This document shows, piece after piece, positions 26,306-27,653 of a stretch of DNA of 27,653 nucleotides (its first letter is position 1; every line of letters starts with the position of its first letter). The notes beneath the pieces were generated by a model. It was given only the letters and a program-made list of their open reading frames with translations, ran no database searches and had not been told where the DNA came from. A program made the position numbers and the translations under genes. Source of the stretch: Desulfobacteraceae bacterium (GTDB lineage Bacteria > Desulfobacterota > DSM-4660 > Desulfatiglandales > HGW-15); contig JBFYXR010000501.1 of NCBI GenBank assembly GCA_041310455.1, positions 1 to 27,653 of the forward strand, written 5' to 3'.

Positions 26306-27472
26306 TCACAGCACCTGTTTGATCCCCTTTATTGCCTGTTTTGTCCTGTGGGGGTTCTCAACAAGGGCGAATCTCACATACTCATCGCCGTACTCACCAA
26401 ACCCCATCCCGGGAGAAACAGCGACCTTTGCCTTCCTGATAAGCATCTTGGCGAATTCCACAGAGCCCATGCCCCTGTACTGCTCCGGTATCCTGGCCCA
26501 TACAAACATGGTGCCTTTCGGTTTCTCAATATGCCAGCCTACACGGGACAAGCCGTCACAGAGGGCATCCCGCCTTTTGCGGTATATCTCGACGGCCTCA
26601 TCGACACAATCATAAGGGCCATTGAGGGCGATAATGGCGGCTATCTGAATCGGCTGAAACATCCCGTAGTCGAGATAGCTCTTTATCCTCTTCAGTGCCG
26701 CTACCATCTTTTTGTTCCCCACACAGAAGCCGACCCTCCATCCGGGCATGGAATAGCTCTTTGACATACTGTAAAGCTCCACACCTACCTCCTTTGCGCC
26801 CGGTATCTGGAGAAAGCTGGGAGGTTTATACCCGTCAAAGACCAGGTCCGCATAGGCAAAGTCATGGATAACCATCATCTTATGCTCGCGGCAGAAATCA
26901 ACGATCTTTACAAAAAACTCCCTGTCAACCACGGCAGTAGTCGGGTTGTGGGGATAGGATATAATCAGCATCTTCGGAGCGGGCCATGTCAGCTTTGTCG
27001 CTGCAAGCAGGTCTTCAAAAAAGTCCCTGCCTGGTCCGATCGGAATGCTGCGCAGATCCCCTCCCGCAATAATTACAGAATAGGGGTGGATCGGATATGT
27101 CGGGTTGGGCGCGAACACGACATCCCCTGGGCTCACAGTAGCCAGCACCAGGTGAGCAAGGCCCTCCTTTGCTCCCATCGTGGCTATGGCCTCTTCATTA
27201 GGATCAAGGTCAACATCATAATGTCTCTTGTACCAGTCGCAGATGGCAAGCCTCAGCTTGGGTACCCCGGCAGATGCCGAATACCTGTGGTTGCGGCCGT
27301 CCTTGGCGGCATCCAGAAGTTTTTTTACAATATGTTTCGGGGTGGGGATATTGGGATTTCCCATCCCCATATCTATAATATCCTCGCCCTTATGTCTGAG
27401 TTCCATCTTGAGTGCGTCCACGGTGGCAAAGACATATGGCGGCAGTCTCTTCATTCTTACAAATTCTTCCAT
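26306..27472 (-). CDS. alaC: PLP-dependent class I/II aminotransferase, AlaC/YfdZ-like
   Basis: [68 protein letters not shown]; RBS AAGGAG. Confidence 0.85.
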   Translation of the reverse strand: MEEFVRMKRLPPYVFATVDALKMELRHKGEDIIDMGMGNPNIPTPKHIVKKLLDAAKDGRNHRYSASAGVPKLRLAICDWYKRHYDVDLDPNEEAIATMGAKEGLAHLVLATVSPGDVVFAPNPTYPIHPYSVIIAGGDLRSIPIGPGRDFFEDLLAATKLTWPAPKMLIISYPHNPTTAVVDREFFVKIVDFCREHKMMVIHDFAYADLVFDGYKPPSFLQIPGAKEVGVELYSMSKSYSMPGWRVGFCVGNKKMVAALKRIKSYLDYGMFQPIQIAAIIALNGPYDCVDEAVEIYRKRRDALCDGLSRVGWHIEKPKGTMFVWARIPEQYRGMGSVEFAKMLIRKAKVAVSPGMGFGEYGDEYVRFALVENPHRTKQAIKGIKQVL

Positions 27473-27653
27473 TAATTGATCTCCTTGAAGGTAAAGAATA
27501 ATTTTACTGATTCGGCTTTATCTAACCAGTGTATATCCTCAGGCATTTATTGACCCCCTATGATGCCTTCCTTCTATCTAAGCATCCCTACATGGGATCA
27601 ATGTCCTGATTATCATACATCAGCGGCGCCCTCGGAACAGTGAAAAGGCATTG

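Noticed and set aside
26231-26764. 177-aa + strand ORF starting in repeat copy C
   Set aside because: The N-terminus is translated repeat sequence and the rest is antisense to alaC.
27473-27653. Possible riboswitch or leader upstream of alaC-hom (AGGCAT...ATGCCT inverted repeat), or the tail of an upstream gene
   Set aside because: No lysine, SAM, glycine or T-box consensus was recognised, the stem is short, and the region is cut by the window edge.

Overview
Bacterial chromosomal window, about 50% GC. Protein style suggests Desulfobacterota or a related delta-proteobacterium, which is an inference. It carries a nitrogen-assimilation cluster: glnB-glnD on the + strand converging on glnA-glnE on the - strand. 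To the left lie carB (no carA in the window) and a PurF paralogue whose glutaminase and Fe-S residues are lost. To the right lie a BON lipoprotein, a CHASE4-HAMP-GGDEF cyclase, an adenine-deaminase-family amidohydrolase and an alaC-hom-apgM block. The most notable non-routine items are: (i) a decayed C-terminal remnant of an Amt ammonium transporter between an intact sigma54 promoter and glnB; (ii) a matching sigma54 promoter plus paired WAC-N6-GTW site architecture at both glnB and glnA; (iii) a GlnE carrying GlnD-type ACT domains at its N-terminus; (iv) two tandem, signal-peptide-bearing double-hotdog (MaoC-like) proteins between glnD and glnE; (v) a glutaminase-dead PurF next to a CarA-less CarB; (vi) two intergenic repeat families, a ~100-bp REPIN-like element in three copies and heptamer arrays. 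No rRNA, tRNA, CRISPR array or transposase was seen. All homology calls come from motif recognition by eye, and no searches were run.
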